A stretch of 64,000 bases of DNA. Origin: Candidatus Saccharimonadia bacterium. Its GTDB lineage: Bacteria > Patescibacteriota > Saccharimonadia > UBA4664. Under the pieces are notes generated by a model. It searched no databases and was not told the DNA's origin. It worked only from the letters and a program-made list of their open reading frames with translations. How positions within the stretch are numbered: position 1 is the stretch's first letter; every line of letters starts with the position of its first letter. The stretch is from the NCBI GenBank assembly GCA_035544015.1, contig DATKIP010000012.1, forward strand, positions 182,393 through 246,392, written 5' to 3'. The position numbers and the translations under genes are program-made. Shown in pieces: positions 27,521-38,196 of the stretch.

Positions 27521-27739
27521 CTACCGAACCGTAAACGGCAGCAAAGCAATGTGACGAGCGCGCTTGAGCGCCACGGCTACGCGCCGCTGGTGACGCAAGC
27601 AGTTACCAGTGCGCTTGCGACCCTCGATCTTGCCGTAGCTCGAGAGGTACCGCTGCAACAGCTTCACGTCCTTGTAGTCGACATAATCGACCTTCTCGGC
27701 GCAAAAGCGGCAGACTTTCTTTGAATAAAAATTAGCCAT
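27521..27739 (-). CDS. rpsR: 30S ribosomal protein S18 (Zn-binding form)
   Basis: CRFC, DYKD, HQR..A.KRAR..ALLP. Confidence 0.97.
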   Translation of the reverse strand: MANFYSKKVCRFCAEKVDYVDYKDVKLLQRYLSSYGKIEGRKRTGNCLRHQRRVAVALKRARHIALLPFTVR

Positions 27740-27756
27740 TCGTGTTCCTTAAACCC

Positions 27757-28233
27757 CTAAAACGGGATGTCATCTAAATTAATGTTGGAATTGGCGTCCA
27801 GATCCTGGATCACCACATCGTCGGACTTGGCCGCCGAAGCCGGGTTGCTACCGGCCGACGCGGCACCGCTGCGAGGCTCCCCGCCCCCAACCGGCGCTCC
27901 GCCGGGGCCATCCAGGAAGTTGACGTCGCTCGCCACGATTTCCGTGCGCTGACGCTTCACGCCGTCTTTTTCCCAGCTCTGAGTTTGCAACCGGCCGATC
28001 ACCATCACCTTGCGGCCCTTGGCCAAGTACTGAGCAGCTAGCTCTCCAAGCTTTCCCCAAGCCACAATCTCGTGGTATTCCACCGCCTCTTTACGTTCAC
28101 CGCTCTGATCCATCCAGCTCCGATTGGTGGCCACCGCAAACGATGCCACTTGCTGACCGCTGGGGGTCGAGCGCAATTCCGGATCGCGCGTCAGATTACC
28201 CATAATTATGGCTTGGTTAAAGCTTTTTGCCAT
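27757..28233 (-). CDS. ssb: Single-stranded DNA-binding protein
   Basis: GNLTRDPE, C-terminal DDIPF. Confidence 0.98.
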   Translation of the reverse strand: MAKSFNQAIIMGNLTRDPELRSTPSGQQVASFAVATNRSWMDQSGERKEAVEYHEIVAWGKLGELAAQYLAKGRKVMVIGRLQTQSWEKDGVKRQRTEIVASDVNFLDGPGGAPVGGGEPRSGAASAGSNPASAAKSDDVVIQDLDANSNINLDDIPF

Positions 28234-28635
28234 CTACTTGTCTCCCTCTTTCTCGTCTGCTTTCGCTTCGTCTTCACCCTTAGCCTCGGCTACTACCTCG
28301 GCCTTCTTATCACCCCTATCATCTTTTTTGGCTTCAGCGCGAGGAGGATTCTCTTCGTGCACCACCAAAATATGCCGTAGCACTTCTTCCATAATAAGAA
28401 TAGTGCTATCGAGCTGCGCAACGCCCTCAGGTGGCAACGTCACCTCAAAATACACGTAAATAGCAAAGTCCTGACGCGCGATTCGATAAGCCAGGCGCTT
28501 CTTGCCCCAGTTATCGCGCTTCAGAACCTTTCCGCCGGCATCGGCGATGAGATTTTCGACCTTAGTAATCGGCGCTTCCACGTCGATTTCGAGATCGGGG
28601 TGCAACAGCACCATCAACTCATAAGTCTTTTGCAT
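28234..28635 (-). CDS. rpsF: 30S ribosomal protein S6
   Basis: YELM, WGKKRLAY.I; SD AAAGGA before ATG 28635. Confidence 0.96.
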   Translation of the reverse strand: MQKTYELMVLLHPDLEIDVEAPITKVENLIADAGGKVLKRDNWGKKRLAYRIARQDFAIYVYFEVTLPPEGVAQLDSTILIMEEVLRHILVVHEENPPRAEAKKDDRGDKKAEVVAEAKGEDEAKADEKEGDK

Positions 28636-28639
28636 TGAT

Positions 28640-28712
28640 TCCTTTCTCTGGAAACCGCGGTGCATTCCCACGGATGCGCCCGGCTCCTGCCGTACGCAAA
28701 AAGGTTAGTGGT
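28640..28712 (-). promoter_or_regulatory. Putative S6:S18 autoregulatory leader
   Basis: ccttt pairs with SD aaagg; inner ggagccg/cggtttcc and gcat/atgc stems with an unpaired CCG-like segment. Confidence 0.5.
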
Positions 28713-28791
28713 TGTAAAACCTTGTAATTGTACCTGGTTTTGGCACCCCCGTCAATCAGTTCGAGCCCTCCGGGCAGTGTACAATGGCCTC

Positions 28792-29322
28792 ATGTATACT
28801 CTGGAGAGCAACCTCACCGGCCAACCCATCATCAGCCTCCAAACCGGCCAGGCCGTCGCCTGGATCGGCGAACCGCTCCTCACCATCACCGCCCTGCAAG
28901 TCATCGCCTTTACCTGTCGCGTAGCTCCCCGCAGCCAAGCCTTCCTGCTCATGACGCGCGACATCCGGCAATTCGCCGCCGATTGCGTCATCATCGACGA
29001 CGAAGACGACCTCACCGACCCAGCCGATATCGTACGACTCAAAGCCGATCTAAAAGACCGCTACTCCCCGCTAGGTCAATCCGTGATAGCCGACACCGGC
29101 CGCCGGCTGGGTTCGGTCGAAGATTACTCAATCAATCTCGATACCAATCGGGTACAAAAGCTTCATATCCGCCGGCCTCTATTTTGGGGCTGGTTTAGCC
29201 CGAATCTCATTATCGACCGCACCCAAATCGTTGATATCACCCCGAGTCATATTACCGTTCGCGACACCACGGTTCAGGATGCCCTGTTAAATACCGATTC
29301 CCTACCCGAAACCCAACCTTGA
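28792..29322 (+). CDS. Tandem PRC-barrel protein
   Basis: Two PRC-like repeats (G.PIISLQTG; GQSVI..G.RLG.V.D); TACAAT 6 nt before ATG. Confidence 0.8.
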   Translation: MYTLESNLTGQPIISLQTGQAVAWIGEPLLTITALQVIAFTCRVAPRSQAFLLMTRDIRQFAADCVIIDDEDDLTDPADIVRLKADLKDRYSPLGQSVIADTGRRLGSVEDYSINLDTNRVQKLHIRRPLFWGWFSPNLIIDRTQIVDITPSHITVRDTTVQDALLNTDSLPETQP

Positions 29323-29371
29323 TATCGAAAACCTCTTAAGCTACACTGAGGTCAGATAATCGGACCATATC

Positions 29372-29437
29372 GTGCTAGTCATCCTCATTTTTGCCGTCGC
29401 ATTTGTTCTCGTCTACCGCCTCGTCACCGCCAACTAG
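29372..29437 (+). CDS. Possible 21-aa hydrophobic peptide
   Basis: GTG..TAG ORF VLVILIFAVAFVLVYRLVTAN with C-ending codons; no SD. Confidence 0.3.
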   Translation: MLVILIFAVAFVLVYRLVTAN

Positions 29438-30057
29438 TCCAATTCAGACGACACCTCCAGAGCCTCTTTGATGAGATCCCAGCGGTAGCCTTGCCGCTGC
29501 AAATAAGCCGTGAGCTTACGCTCATCTGCATAGCCACTTAATCTGCGTTTGCGCTGGATGAGCTGTTTAAGTGACTCAAGCTCGCTTTCCGGCGCCATAT
29601 CACGCAACGCCACCTCCGCAATATCCCGAGCCACACCTTTCGCGGCCAACTCCTGGGCAAGCCTCAGACGGCTCCGCGGTCTCACCGCTTGCCGGTCCGC
29701 TATCCAAGCCCGTCCAAACCTGAGGTCATCGACCAACCCCAACCCCTCCAGCCGCCCAATCGCGACCTCGATCTCAGCCGGCTCACACCCTTTGCCGGCC
29801 AGATAGTCCGCGAGCTCCCGACGACTGCGCATCCGCACTCCGAGATACCGCAGAGCCAAGGCATACGCCTTGGACTCCTTAGCCTCCGCGCGAAACTCCC
29901 CAATCTGGCCCTCACTGAGCTCCTGGCCCACTCGAATACCGCTATTACTGAGCTCGAGATCGCTCAAACTAAACGCGAAGACCTCATCAATGAACACCCG
30001 GAACAGCACCGCGCCTCTAAGCCGCGACTTTCGCTTTATCGCCGTAACGACCGGCAT
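29434..30057 (-). CDS. recX: RecX
   Basis: ALRYL..R.RS..EL, VDD..F, L.QEL..KG; downstream of recA. Confidence 0.92.
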   Translation of the reverse strand: MPVVTAIKRKSRLRGAVLFRVFIDEVFAFSLSDLELSNSGIRVGQELSEGQIGEFRAEAKESKAYALALRYLGVRMRSRRELADYLAGKGCEPAEIEVAIGRLEGLGLVDDLRFGRAWIADRQAVRPRSRLRLAQELAAKGVARDIAEVALRDMAPESELESLKQLIQRKRRLSGYADERKLTAYLQRQGYRWDLIKEALEVSSELD

Positions 30058-30060
30058 AAT

Positions 30061-31134
<1,074 letters not shown>

Positions 31135-31170
31135 TGTACTGTCCTTTGATCTGGTTATCTATGTGAGCTC

Positions 31171-31200
31171 ATAGTAACCGAACACAAACCGAACTGTCAA
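31171..31200 (-). promoter_or_regulatory. recA promoter containing a GTTC-N7-GTTC direct repeat
   Basis: TTGACA gttcggtttgtgttcggt TACTAT. Confidence 0.75.
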
Positions 31201-31694
31201 CGGTAATTTTGGAAATCGAGCGGAAAGTCAAAAGTCGCCTCGCGCAGCGCCACCATCACCCCCTGCAAATCATCCTTGCTCGTCGAGCTCACCCGCACCA
31301 TATCGCCCTGGATCTGCGCCTTCGCCTTCGGGTATTTGTCGCGAATCAGTTTCGTAATCTGCTTCGCCTTGTCCTGATCCAGCCCCTTCTTAAACGGCAC
31401 GCTCCAGCGCATCTCCTTGCCACCGGCAACCGGATCCTTGCTCACATCCAGCACCTTCAGCGACACGCCACGCTTCACCAACTTGCTCTGGAACATGTCC
31501 AAAATCGCATCGAGCTGGTTCTTCGTCTCCCCCTCTATCTGCACCCCGGTCTTGCCATCCGCAAACTCTAGCTTGGCCGCCGTCCCCTTAAAGTCAAACC
31601 GCTGACCCAGCTCCCGCTGCGCCTGATCCACCGCATTGGTCATCTCGGCCACATCGTAGTCACTGGCCACATCAAACGAAAAATCCTTCGCCAT
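31197..31694 (-). CDS. yajQ: YajQ family nucleotide-binding protein
   Basis: SFD, NAVDQ, RFDFKG, QIQGD.VRV, F.NYR. Confidence 0.96.
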   Translation of the reverse strand: MAKDFSFDVASDYDVAEMTNAVDQAQRELGQRFDFKGTAAKLEFADGKTGVQIEGETKNQLDAILDMFQSKLVKRGVSLKVLDVSKDPVAGGKEMRWSVPFKKGLDQDKAKQITKLIRDKYPKAKAQIQGDMVRVSSTSKDDLQGVMVALREATFDFPLDFQNYR

Positions 31695-31746
31695 CGCTCG
31701 TCTCCCTTATCGCGCCCAGTTTAGCACAAATCAAGCCGCATGAACC

Positions 31747-32724
31747 CTAAGGAATCACCGTATCCTTCGCAAAATCCTGATTGCGCCGAATCTCACCCTC
31801 TTTGCCCAACGGGCTCAGCCGCTTACCCGCCCCCGCCGCGTTCGTCACTGTGAGGCTCGTGGCACCAGCATTGCCGGTCGTAACGTTCACATCCACCTTA
31901 CCCGTAAACACCAAACTCTTGCCCGCCACAAAGGTCCCCCGAAACGCCTCGGCCCCGTCCACGAGCACCACAATCGACGTCGTCTCACTCACACTCACCA
32001 CCACCGCCACTCCGTCGAACACCGCCGCCGGCACTACCGCCTCAGCCGCACTCATCTTGGGCAGTTTAGCCAGCACATTGCGCATCACCACGCTGCTCTT
32101 ACCCAGCTTGCTCCGCGCCACCACCTTGATCGCATTCACCCCGTCTTGCAACGCCACCTTTTCGCTAAAGTTACCATCCGTATCGGTCAGCACCGGCGAC
32201 TCGTTCACGCTCACGTCAGCCCCGGGCGTAGTATGCCCCGCCACATTCACCACCGCGCCGGTCAGCACCACATCAGATTCCGGCGAGTTCACCGTCAAGC
32301 CCGGCGCCGACGCCAAGGCCGAAAATTGCCACAACAGATACCACAGTACGCTCGCCGCCACCACGAGCACACCCCCCACCGCAGCCAATTTACCCGTAAA
32401 CACCAACCGCGGCGCCCGCTCCAGCTGCGGCCGCTTGGTATCAGCCTGCGCCACACCACCACGCTCCCGCACATAATCCGCCGCCACATGCACTCCATCC
32501 AGCCCCAAATGGCTCGCATAGTGCTGCACAAATCCCCGCGAATAAATATCATTCGGCAAACTCGAATAATCCCCCGACTCCAGCGCCGTCAGGAACTTAC
32601 CCCGAATTTTCGTATCAACCTCCACCTGCGCCAAACTCAGCCGCAACGCCTGCCGCCGGGCCTTGAGCTGCTGGCCCACGTGTAATTCCTGACCCGTCTC
32701 AGGCCGCTTCGTATCTTCCCGCAT
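31747..32724 (-). CDS. rodZ: RodZ-like HTH-TM protein with extra Ig-like domain
   Basis: HTH_25 (TKIR..L.ALE.G.Y..LP..Y.RGF), TM, GNAG C-terminal motif. Confidence 0.85.
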   Translation of the reverse strand: MREDTKRPETGQELHVGQQLKARRQALRLSLAQVEVDTKIRGKFLTALESGDYSSLPNDIYSRGFVQHYASHLGLDGVHVAADYVRERGGVAQADTKRPQLERAPRLVFTGKLAAVGGVLVVAASVLWYLLWQFSALASAPGLTVNSPESDVVLTGAVVNVAGHTTPGADVSVNESPVLTDTDGNFSEKVALQDGVNAIKVVARSKLGKSSVVMRNVLAKLPKMSAAEAVVPAAVFDGVAVVVSVSETTSIVVLVDGAEAFRGTFVAGKSLVFTGKVDVNVTTGNAGATSLTVTNAAGAGKRLSPLGKEGEIRRNQDFAKDTVIP

Positions 32725-32758
32725 AATTCCATTCTACAGCTAAACAACAGGTAGAGCG

Positions 32759-32886
32759 CCAGCCGCCTCAGCGCGTCGAGCGCAGGCCATAAACCCTAGC
32801 CGCCGCGAACGCCAGACAAAACCACGCATCCACCAAGCAAAGGGGATGAGTTCGCGAGCAAGGCTAGGGTTTATGGCCGGAGCCAA
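32759..32886 (-). ncRNA. Candidate structured RNA / repeat element, copy A
   Basis: Perfect 17-bp stem ggccataaaccctagcc / ggctagggtttatggcc plus cgcgaac/gttcgcg; loop and flanks homologous to 19181-19311. Confidence 0.55.
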
Positions 32887-32894
32887 GCCACAGC

Positions 32895-35114
32895 CTACTC
32901 CTCATACGGCTCCGCCGGCCGCATCGCCTCACCACCACCGCCGCCACCCTGAACCTGATCCAAGCTCGAAATCAACACATCGCGCGGCCGCGCCCCATCT
33001 GCCGGCCCAATGATCCCCCGCTCCTCCAGCAAATCCAGCAGCCGCGCCGCCCGCGCATACCCAATCCTCAACCGCCGCTGCAACATCGAGGCCGATGCCT
33101 TCCCGGCCCGAAACACCGCCTCCGCCGCCTCGTCAAACATATCGTCGTCCGGCTCACCCAGATCGCCCCCGCCCCCGCTGCGCCCGCCGCCCAGCGACAC
33201 CTTCTGCGCCAGCACCTCGTCGTTGTACTGCGGCGCCCGCGCCGAGCGCAAATAATCCGTCACCGCCTTCGTTTCCTTCTCGTCAATGTACACCCCTTGA
33301 ATACGCCGCGGTTTAATGTACTCCGGGCTCGAGAACAACATATCGCCCTTACCTAGCAGCTTCTCCGCCCCCATCTGGTCCAAAATCGTCCGCGAATCAA
33401 TCTGGCTCGCCACACTAAACGCCAACCGCGCCGGAATATTCGCCTTGATGATGCCCGTAATCACGTCCACGCTCGGCCGCTGCGTGGCCAGCACTAGGTG
33501 AATGCCCACCGCCCGCGCCATCTGCGCCAACCGCACGATCAAACTCTCCACATCCGCCGCCGCCAGCACCATCAAGTCCGCCAGCTCATCGATCACAATC
33601 ACGATGTACGGCATCGCCTCGCCTTTGTGCGAAGTGTTGTACTCCACGATGTTACGGTTGCCCACCTCGGCCAGCAGTTTATACCGTCGCTCCATCTCCG
33701 CCACCGCCCATTTCAGTGCCGAAATACACTTCTCCGGCTCCACGATCACGGGCGTCAACAAATGCGGAATATCGTTGTACAACCCCAACTCCACCCGCTT
33801 CGGGTCCACCAGTATCAGCTTCATATCCGCCGGCGAATTCCGGTACAGCAAACTCGTCAGCAACGCGTTAATCATCACCGATTTACCCGAACCCGTCGCC
33901 CCCGCGATCAAAAGATGCGGCATCGCCGCTAGGTCCGAGCTCATCGGCGTGCCACTCACATCGCGCCCCAGCACAAATGTCAGCGGCGCCTTTTGCGATT
34001 CAATTTCGGGCGCGCTCAGCACATCCCGCAGCCGCACTGTCGCAATCTTCTTATTTGGGATCTCCACCCCCACCGCGCTCTTGCCCGGAATCGGCGCCTC
34101 AATGCGAATCGGATGCGCCGCCAAGCTCAGTGCCAGATTCGTATCCAACCCCGTAATCTTATTGAGCTTCACCCCCGCCGGCGGAATAAACGTGTACTGT
34201 GTCACCGTCGGCCCCACGTTCACCTCGCCCATCGTCACGTTAATCCCAAAGCTCTCCATCGTCGACGCAATCGTCTTGGCATTCGCATTCACGTCCCCCG
34301 CATCCGCCTTGGTGCTCGTAGCCTGCAACAAATCCAAACTCGGCGCCTCCCAGGCCTCCTCCGAATTAGCCGTCAGCGCCTCTTGCGGCGCCTCAGCGGC
34401 AGCCGGCGCCGGCTTCTTGAACCCCCCCCCGCCTAGGTTCAAATCACCCCGCACCGGCAACGCCGTCATCGACGCACCCGAGTTATCGTTCACCTTCAGC
34501 TGCAGCTCCGGCTGCTTACCACCAGCCGCCTCATCGTCGTCTACCGCCTTGCCCTCGCGCGTAAACCCACTCAAAATCGCCGTAAACAACGCCTTCAGAT
34601 TGGTATTGGTCGCCAAAATCAAGAAAATCGCCAGCAATGCCACCAGCACAATCGCCGCTGCCACCCCGTTGAGCAACGTCAGCATCCACATGCTAATGGC
34701 GTACCCCAGGTACCCGCCGCCGTACCCGCCCATAGCTGCCAGCTGCGCGTCAGCCCGGCCTATCAACAAATGACACAGTGCCGATAAACTCGCCACCAAG
34801 CCCAAAAACCCAAAATAATTCAGCCCCTTCACCGCATACTTATCCGGCTGAAACAACATCCACGCCAAAGCCCCAAAAATCACCGGCAACACGTAGGCGC
34901 TATAGCCGATCCCAACCCGCAAGCCGTGGAACATACCCGTCACGAGCGACCCGCCAAAATTAAAACACGCAAACGCCAGCAACAGCGCCAGCAGCCCCAG
35001 CACTACCGACGAAATCTCTCGCCGCGCCTCAGGCGACAATTTGGCCGCCTTCGCCCGCGACCGCCGGGTCGTAGCTTTGCGCTTGGTCTTGGTAGAAGTC
35101 TTCTTGGCTGCCAT
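32895..35114 (-). CDS. ftsK: DNA translocase FtsK/SpoIIIE
   Basis: 4TM N-terminus, GATGSGKS, IDELADLM, ATQRPS, gamma domain LQRRLRIGYARAAR. Confidence 0.98.
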   Translation of the reverse strand: MAAKKTSTKTKRKATTRRSRAKAAKLSPEARREISSVVLGLLALLLAFACFNFGGSLVTGMFHGLRVGIGYSAYVLPVIFGALAWMLFQPDKYAVKGLNYFGFLGLVASLSALCHLLIGRADAQLAAMGGYGGGYLGYAISMWMLTLLNGVAAAIVLVALLAIFLILATNTNLKALFTAILSGFTREGKAVDDDEAAGGKQPELQLKVNDNSGASMTALPVRGDLNLGGGGFKKPAPAAAEAPQEALTANSEEAWEAPSLDLLQATSTKADAGDVNANAKTIASTMESFGINVTMGEVNVGPTVTQYTFIPPAGVKLNKITGLDTNLALSLAAHPIRIEAPIPGKSAVGVEIPNKKIATVRLRDVLSAPEIESQKAPLTFVLGRDVSGTPMSSDLAAMPHLLIAGATGSGKSVMINALLTSLLYRNSPADMKLILVDPKRVELGLYNDIPHLLTPVIVEPEKCISALKWAVAEMERRYKLLAEVGNRNIVEYNTSHKGEAMPYIVIVIDELADLMVLAAADVESLIVRLAQMARAVGIHLVLATQRPSVDVITGIIKANIPARLAFSVASQIDSRTILDQMGAEKLLGKGDMLFSSPEYIKPRRIQGVYIDEKETKAVTDYLRSARAPQYNDEVLAQKVSLGGGRSGGGGDLGEPDDDMFDEAAEAVFRAGKASASMLQRRLRIGYARAARLLDLLEERGIIGPADGARPRDVLISSLDQVQGGGGGGEAMRPAEPYEE

Positions 35115-35253
35115 ATCCCACCCATTATATCAGACCATAAGGACAATCAATCAGCCAGTCGCCATACCCTCACCGAATTAATTTGGTGTTCAAAATTCTT
35201 ACGCTCGGCATCACCCCGTATTTTGCTTCGCAAAGGCATTCAATCACCCATTA

Positions 35254-37473
35254 CTACACTTCGTTGATCACCGGCAGCACCATCGGCGACCGTTTGGTCT
35301 TGCTGTAGAGCAAATCGCCAATGTCATCGCGCAATCGCAGCTTAAACTTCGCCCAATCCTCACGGCTCGGATTGCCGCCCACCGCTCGTTTCTCGAAGGC
35401 TTTGCGAATCTCCGTACGAGCCTTGCCGATCAGCTCCTCATTTTCTTTCATGTAAATGAAACCGCGCGAAATAATGTCCGGGCTGCTCACCATCCGGCCA
35501 GTTTTACGACTCACGGTAGCGATAATCATAAACACGCCGTCATTACCCATCGCAATGCGGTCACGCAGCACCACTCCCTCCACGTCGCCGATACCAGCGC
35601 CGTCGATCACTACTACCCCCGCCGGCACGCGAGCGCCCTTCTGCGCCCGGTTGGGTGTAATCTCCAACACGTCGCCATTGTCCATCACAAAGATATTGTC
35701 CGATGCCATACCTTCGTTGAGCGCGATTTCAGCATTGCGCACCATCATATGGAATTCACCGTGAATCGGCATGAAGTACTTCGGCTTCACCATCGCAATC
35801 ATCTCTTTGATCTCATCCTGGTACGCGTGACCACCCACATGCAGCGGCCCCAATCCATCCAGATCGCGGAACACATGGTGCACCACCTTGGCCCCCTCGC
35901 GCATCAAAGCGTCGATCGAGCTCGTCACCGAGCGGTCGTTGCCCGGGATAATACTCGAGCTAAACACCACGGTGTCGCCGGGCTTGATCTTGATGTTTTG
36001 GTGATCGCCCGTGCCCATGCGCGTCAAAGCCGAATTTTCTTCGCCTTGTGAGCCCGTACACATGATCACCACTTTGTTGTCCGGTAAGTTCACTACGTCC
36101 TGCACCCGCACCACAAGGCCTGCCGGGATCTTGAGATAGCCAAGCTTAATCGCCAGCTCCACGTTGGCCAGCATCGAGCGGCCCACGAACGCAATCTTGC
36201 GGCCCACCGCCGCCGTAGCATTAATCACCAGCTGAATACGGTTGATCTGGCTCGAAAAACTCGCCAAAATAATCCGCCCGTCCTGCCGATTAAACACCTC
36301 GTGGAATGTCGGCTCAATCTCGGCCTCGCTCTTCGAGTGGCCCAAATACTCGCACGACGTACTGTCGCTCATGAGCAGCAGCACGCCTTCGGCCCCCAAC
36401 TCCTTGAGCCGCGCAAAGTCGGCCAGCTTACCATCCACCGGCGTCGGGTCAAACCGCCAGTCGCCCGTGTTGATGATCTTGCCCACCGGCGTCGTGATCA
36501 CCACGGCGCAGGCATCCGGAATCGAATGCGTCACACGCACCATTTCGAGCGTAAACGCCCCAATCTGCACCTTCTCGTGCTTATCCGGATCCATCACGCG
36601 CAGCTGCGGCTGCGTCTGCAAATGGTATTCCACCAGCTTCTTCTCCACCATCCCCGCACTAAACCGCGCCGTATAAATCGGCGCCGGCAGCTGCGGCAAA
36701 ATGAACGGAATGCCGCCCATGTGATCCTCATGCGCATGCGTCAGCACGTGTCCGCGAATCTTGTGCTTGTTCTTCACTAGGTAGCTCACATCCGGAATCG
36801 TATAATCTACCCCCGGAAATTTCCCCGGATTGGGGAACATAAAGCCCATATCGATCGTAATAATATCGTTACCAAATTCGATGGCCATCATGTTTTTGCC
36901 CACCTCACCCAAGCCGCCCAGCGGAATCACCTTGAGTTTTTGCTCGTGCGTCACCTGATTGGCCGGCCCGCGGTCGGCTTGAGCAGCCTGCGCACCCCGC
37001 TGCTTGGTTTGCTGCTTGCCGCTAGCACCGTTAAACACGCTCTTGTTCACCGGCATCGTATCGAGCGCCGGCACCAGGTCGGTGTGGTTGGGCACCTGCG
37101 ACTGGCCGCGACGGCGTCCGCCCCGGCCACCGCCACCGCCGCCTCCACCGCCCGAACGTTGGCCACCGCCGCCCGCCGCCGGCTTGCCGCCGCTCGGCTG
37201 TTGCGGCCGCGCCGCAGCAGCGCCACCCGCCGGCTGCACCGAGGCCAGCTGCGCGGCCACGTTCGGCCGCGAAGTCAGCGGCACGCGGGCGGCCGCCGGC
37301 GGCCGAGCGGCCACTGGCCGATCAGCCGACCGCGGCGCTACCGGCGGCAATCCGCCACCCGTCGGCGCCGTGTTCACGGGCCGCCGAGGCGCGTTACCCG
37401 CCACCGGGTTTACCAGCGGCGGCACTGGCCGCTGCGGAGTTTTGTTGTCGTTATTGGTATTATTTGGTTCCAA
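35254..37473 (-). CDS. rnj: Ribonuclease J with long disordered N-terminal extension
   Basis: PLGGLGEVGKN, THAHEDHMG, HSIPD, GSQGE, PIHGE; TTG start with SD AAAGGA. Confidence 0.96.
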   Translation of the reverse strand: MEPNNTNNDNKTPQRPVPPLVNPVAGNAPRRPVNTAPTGGGLPPVAPRSADRPVAARPPAAARVPLTSRPNVAAQLASVQPAGGAAAARPQQPSGGKPAAGGGGQRSGGGGGGGGGRGGRRRGQSQVPNHTDLVPALDTMPVNKSVFNGASGKQQTKQRGAQAAQADRGPANQVTHEQKLKVIPLGGLGEVGKNMMAIEFGNDIITIDMGFMFPNPGKFPGVDYTIPDVSYLVKNKHKIRGHVLTHAHEDHMGGIPFILPQLPAPIYTARFSAGMVEKKLVEYHLQTQPQLRVMDPDKHEKVQIGAFTLEMVRVTHSIPDACAVVITTPVGKIINTGDWRFDPTPVDGKLADFARLKELGAEGVLLLMSDSTSCEYLGHSKSEAEIEPTFHEVFNRQDGRIILASFSSQINRIQLVINATAAVGRKIAFVGRSMLANVELAIKLGYLKIPAGLVVRVQDVVNLPDNKVVIMCTGSQGEENSALTRMGTGDHQNIKIKPGDTVVFSSSIIPGNDRSVTSSIDALMREGAKVVHHVFRDLDGLGPLHVGGHAYQDEIKEMIAMVKPKYFMPIHGEFHMMVRNAEIALNEGMASDNIFVMDNGDVLEITPNRAQKGARVPAGVVVIDGAGIGDVEGVVLRDRIAMGNDGVFMIIATVSRKTGRMVSSPDIISRGFIYMKENEELIGKARTEIRKAFEKRAVGGNPSREDWAKFKLRLRDDIGDLLYSKTKRSPMVLPVINEV

Positions 37474-37548
37474 TGAAGGTCCTTTCGTTTTGGCCGCCCT
37501 AGGCTAGCCAAATTGTTATTCAAAATAATTGCAAAAAAATTCCAGCCA

Positions 37549-38127
37549 CTACCCTATCTTCTTCAAAATGGCCGGTATCAAGGCAAAATCCGCCAGGAGC
37601 GTCTCACGCATCGCCGGGTTGTACAGCGCCGCCGCCGGATGAAACAGCGGCAGGTACACCTGCCCACCCTTGCGCACCGGCTTCCCATGCGCCTGACTTA
37701 TCCGCAGCTCGGGCAAAAACACGCTCATCGAGTGCCGTCCCAAAAACACGACCAGCTTCGGCCCGATCACTTCAATTTGACGCTGCAAATAGGGCACAAA
37801 TGCCGCAATCTCTTCCGGCGTCGGGTCCCGATTATCGGGCGGCCGGTACTTCACGATATTGCTGATGTAAATATCCGACCGCTTCAAACCAATCGAGGCT
37901 AGCATCTCGTTCAAGAATTTACCGGCCGCACCCACAAACGGCTCCCCCTGCAAATCCTCATTCTTGCCTGGCGCTTCACCCACAAACATCAGCTCGGCCG
38001 TCGGACTCCCCACCCCAAACACCAACTGCGTTGCCGTTTGCTTCAAATGTGGGGTCACCCCATCCTGCTCAATCGCTTGAGCGATCTGCGCCAGTTGCTC
38101 TGCCTTGTCTGCTTGTTTGTCCTGCAT
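37549..38127 (-). CDS. Uracil-DNA glycosylase family 4 (Cys-free)
   Basis: GEAPG..ED..G.PFVG.AG, RPP.NR.P, HPAA. Confidence 0.93.
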   Translation of the reverse strand: MQDKQADKAEQLAQIAQAIEQDGVTPHLKQTATQLVFGVGSPTAELMFVGEAPGKNEDLQGEPFVGAAGKFLNEMLASIGLKRSDIYISNIVKYRPPDNRDPTPEEIAAFVPYLQRQIEVIGPKLVVFLGRHSMSVFLPELRISQAHGKPVRKGGQVYLPLFHPAAALYNPAMRETLLADFALIPAILKKIG

Positions 38128-38157
38128 ACTACCCGTTTATTTTGCTGCGGCCCTCCA

Positions 38158-38180
38158 GCCTCTCGATGGATTCGAGAGGC
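38158..38180 (-). terminator. Hairpin after pnp
   Basis: gcctctcga-tggat-tcgagaggc. Confidence 0.55.
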
Positions 38181-38196
38181 CTCGCACCCCAGCAAC

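Noticed and set aside
35160-35250. rnj-ftsK spacer as a third copy of the stem-swapped element
   Set aside because: Only short hairpins; none of the conserved blocks are present.
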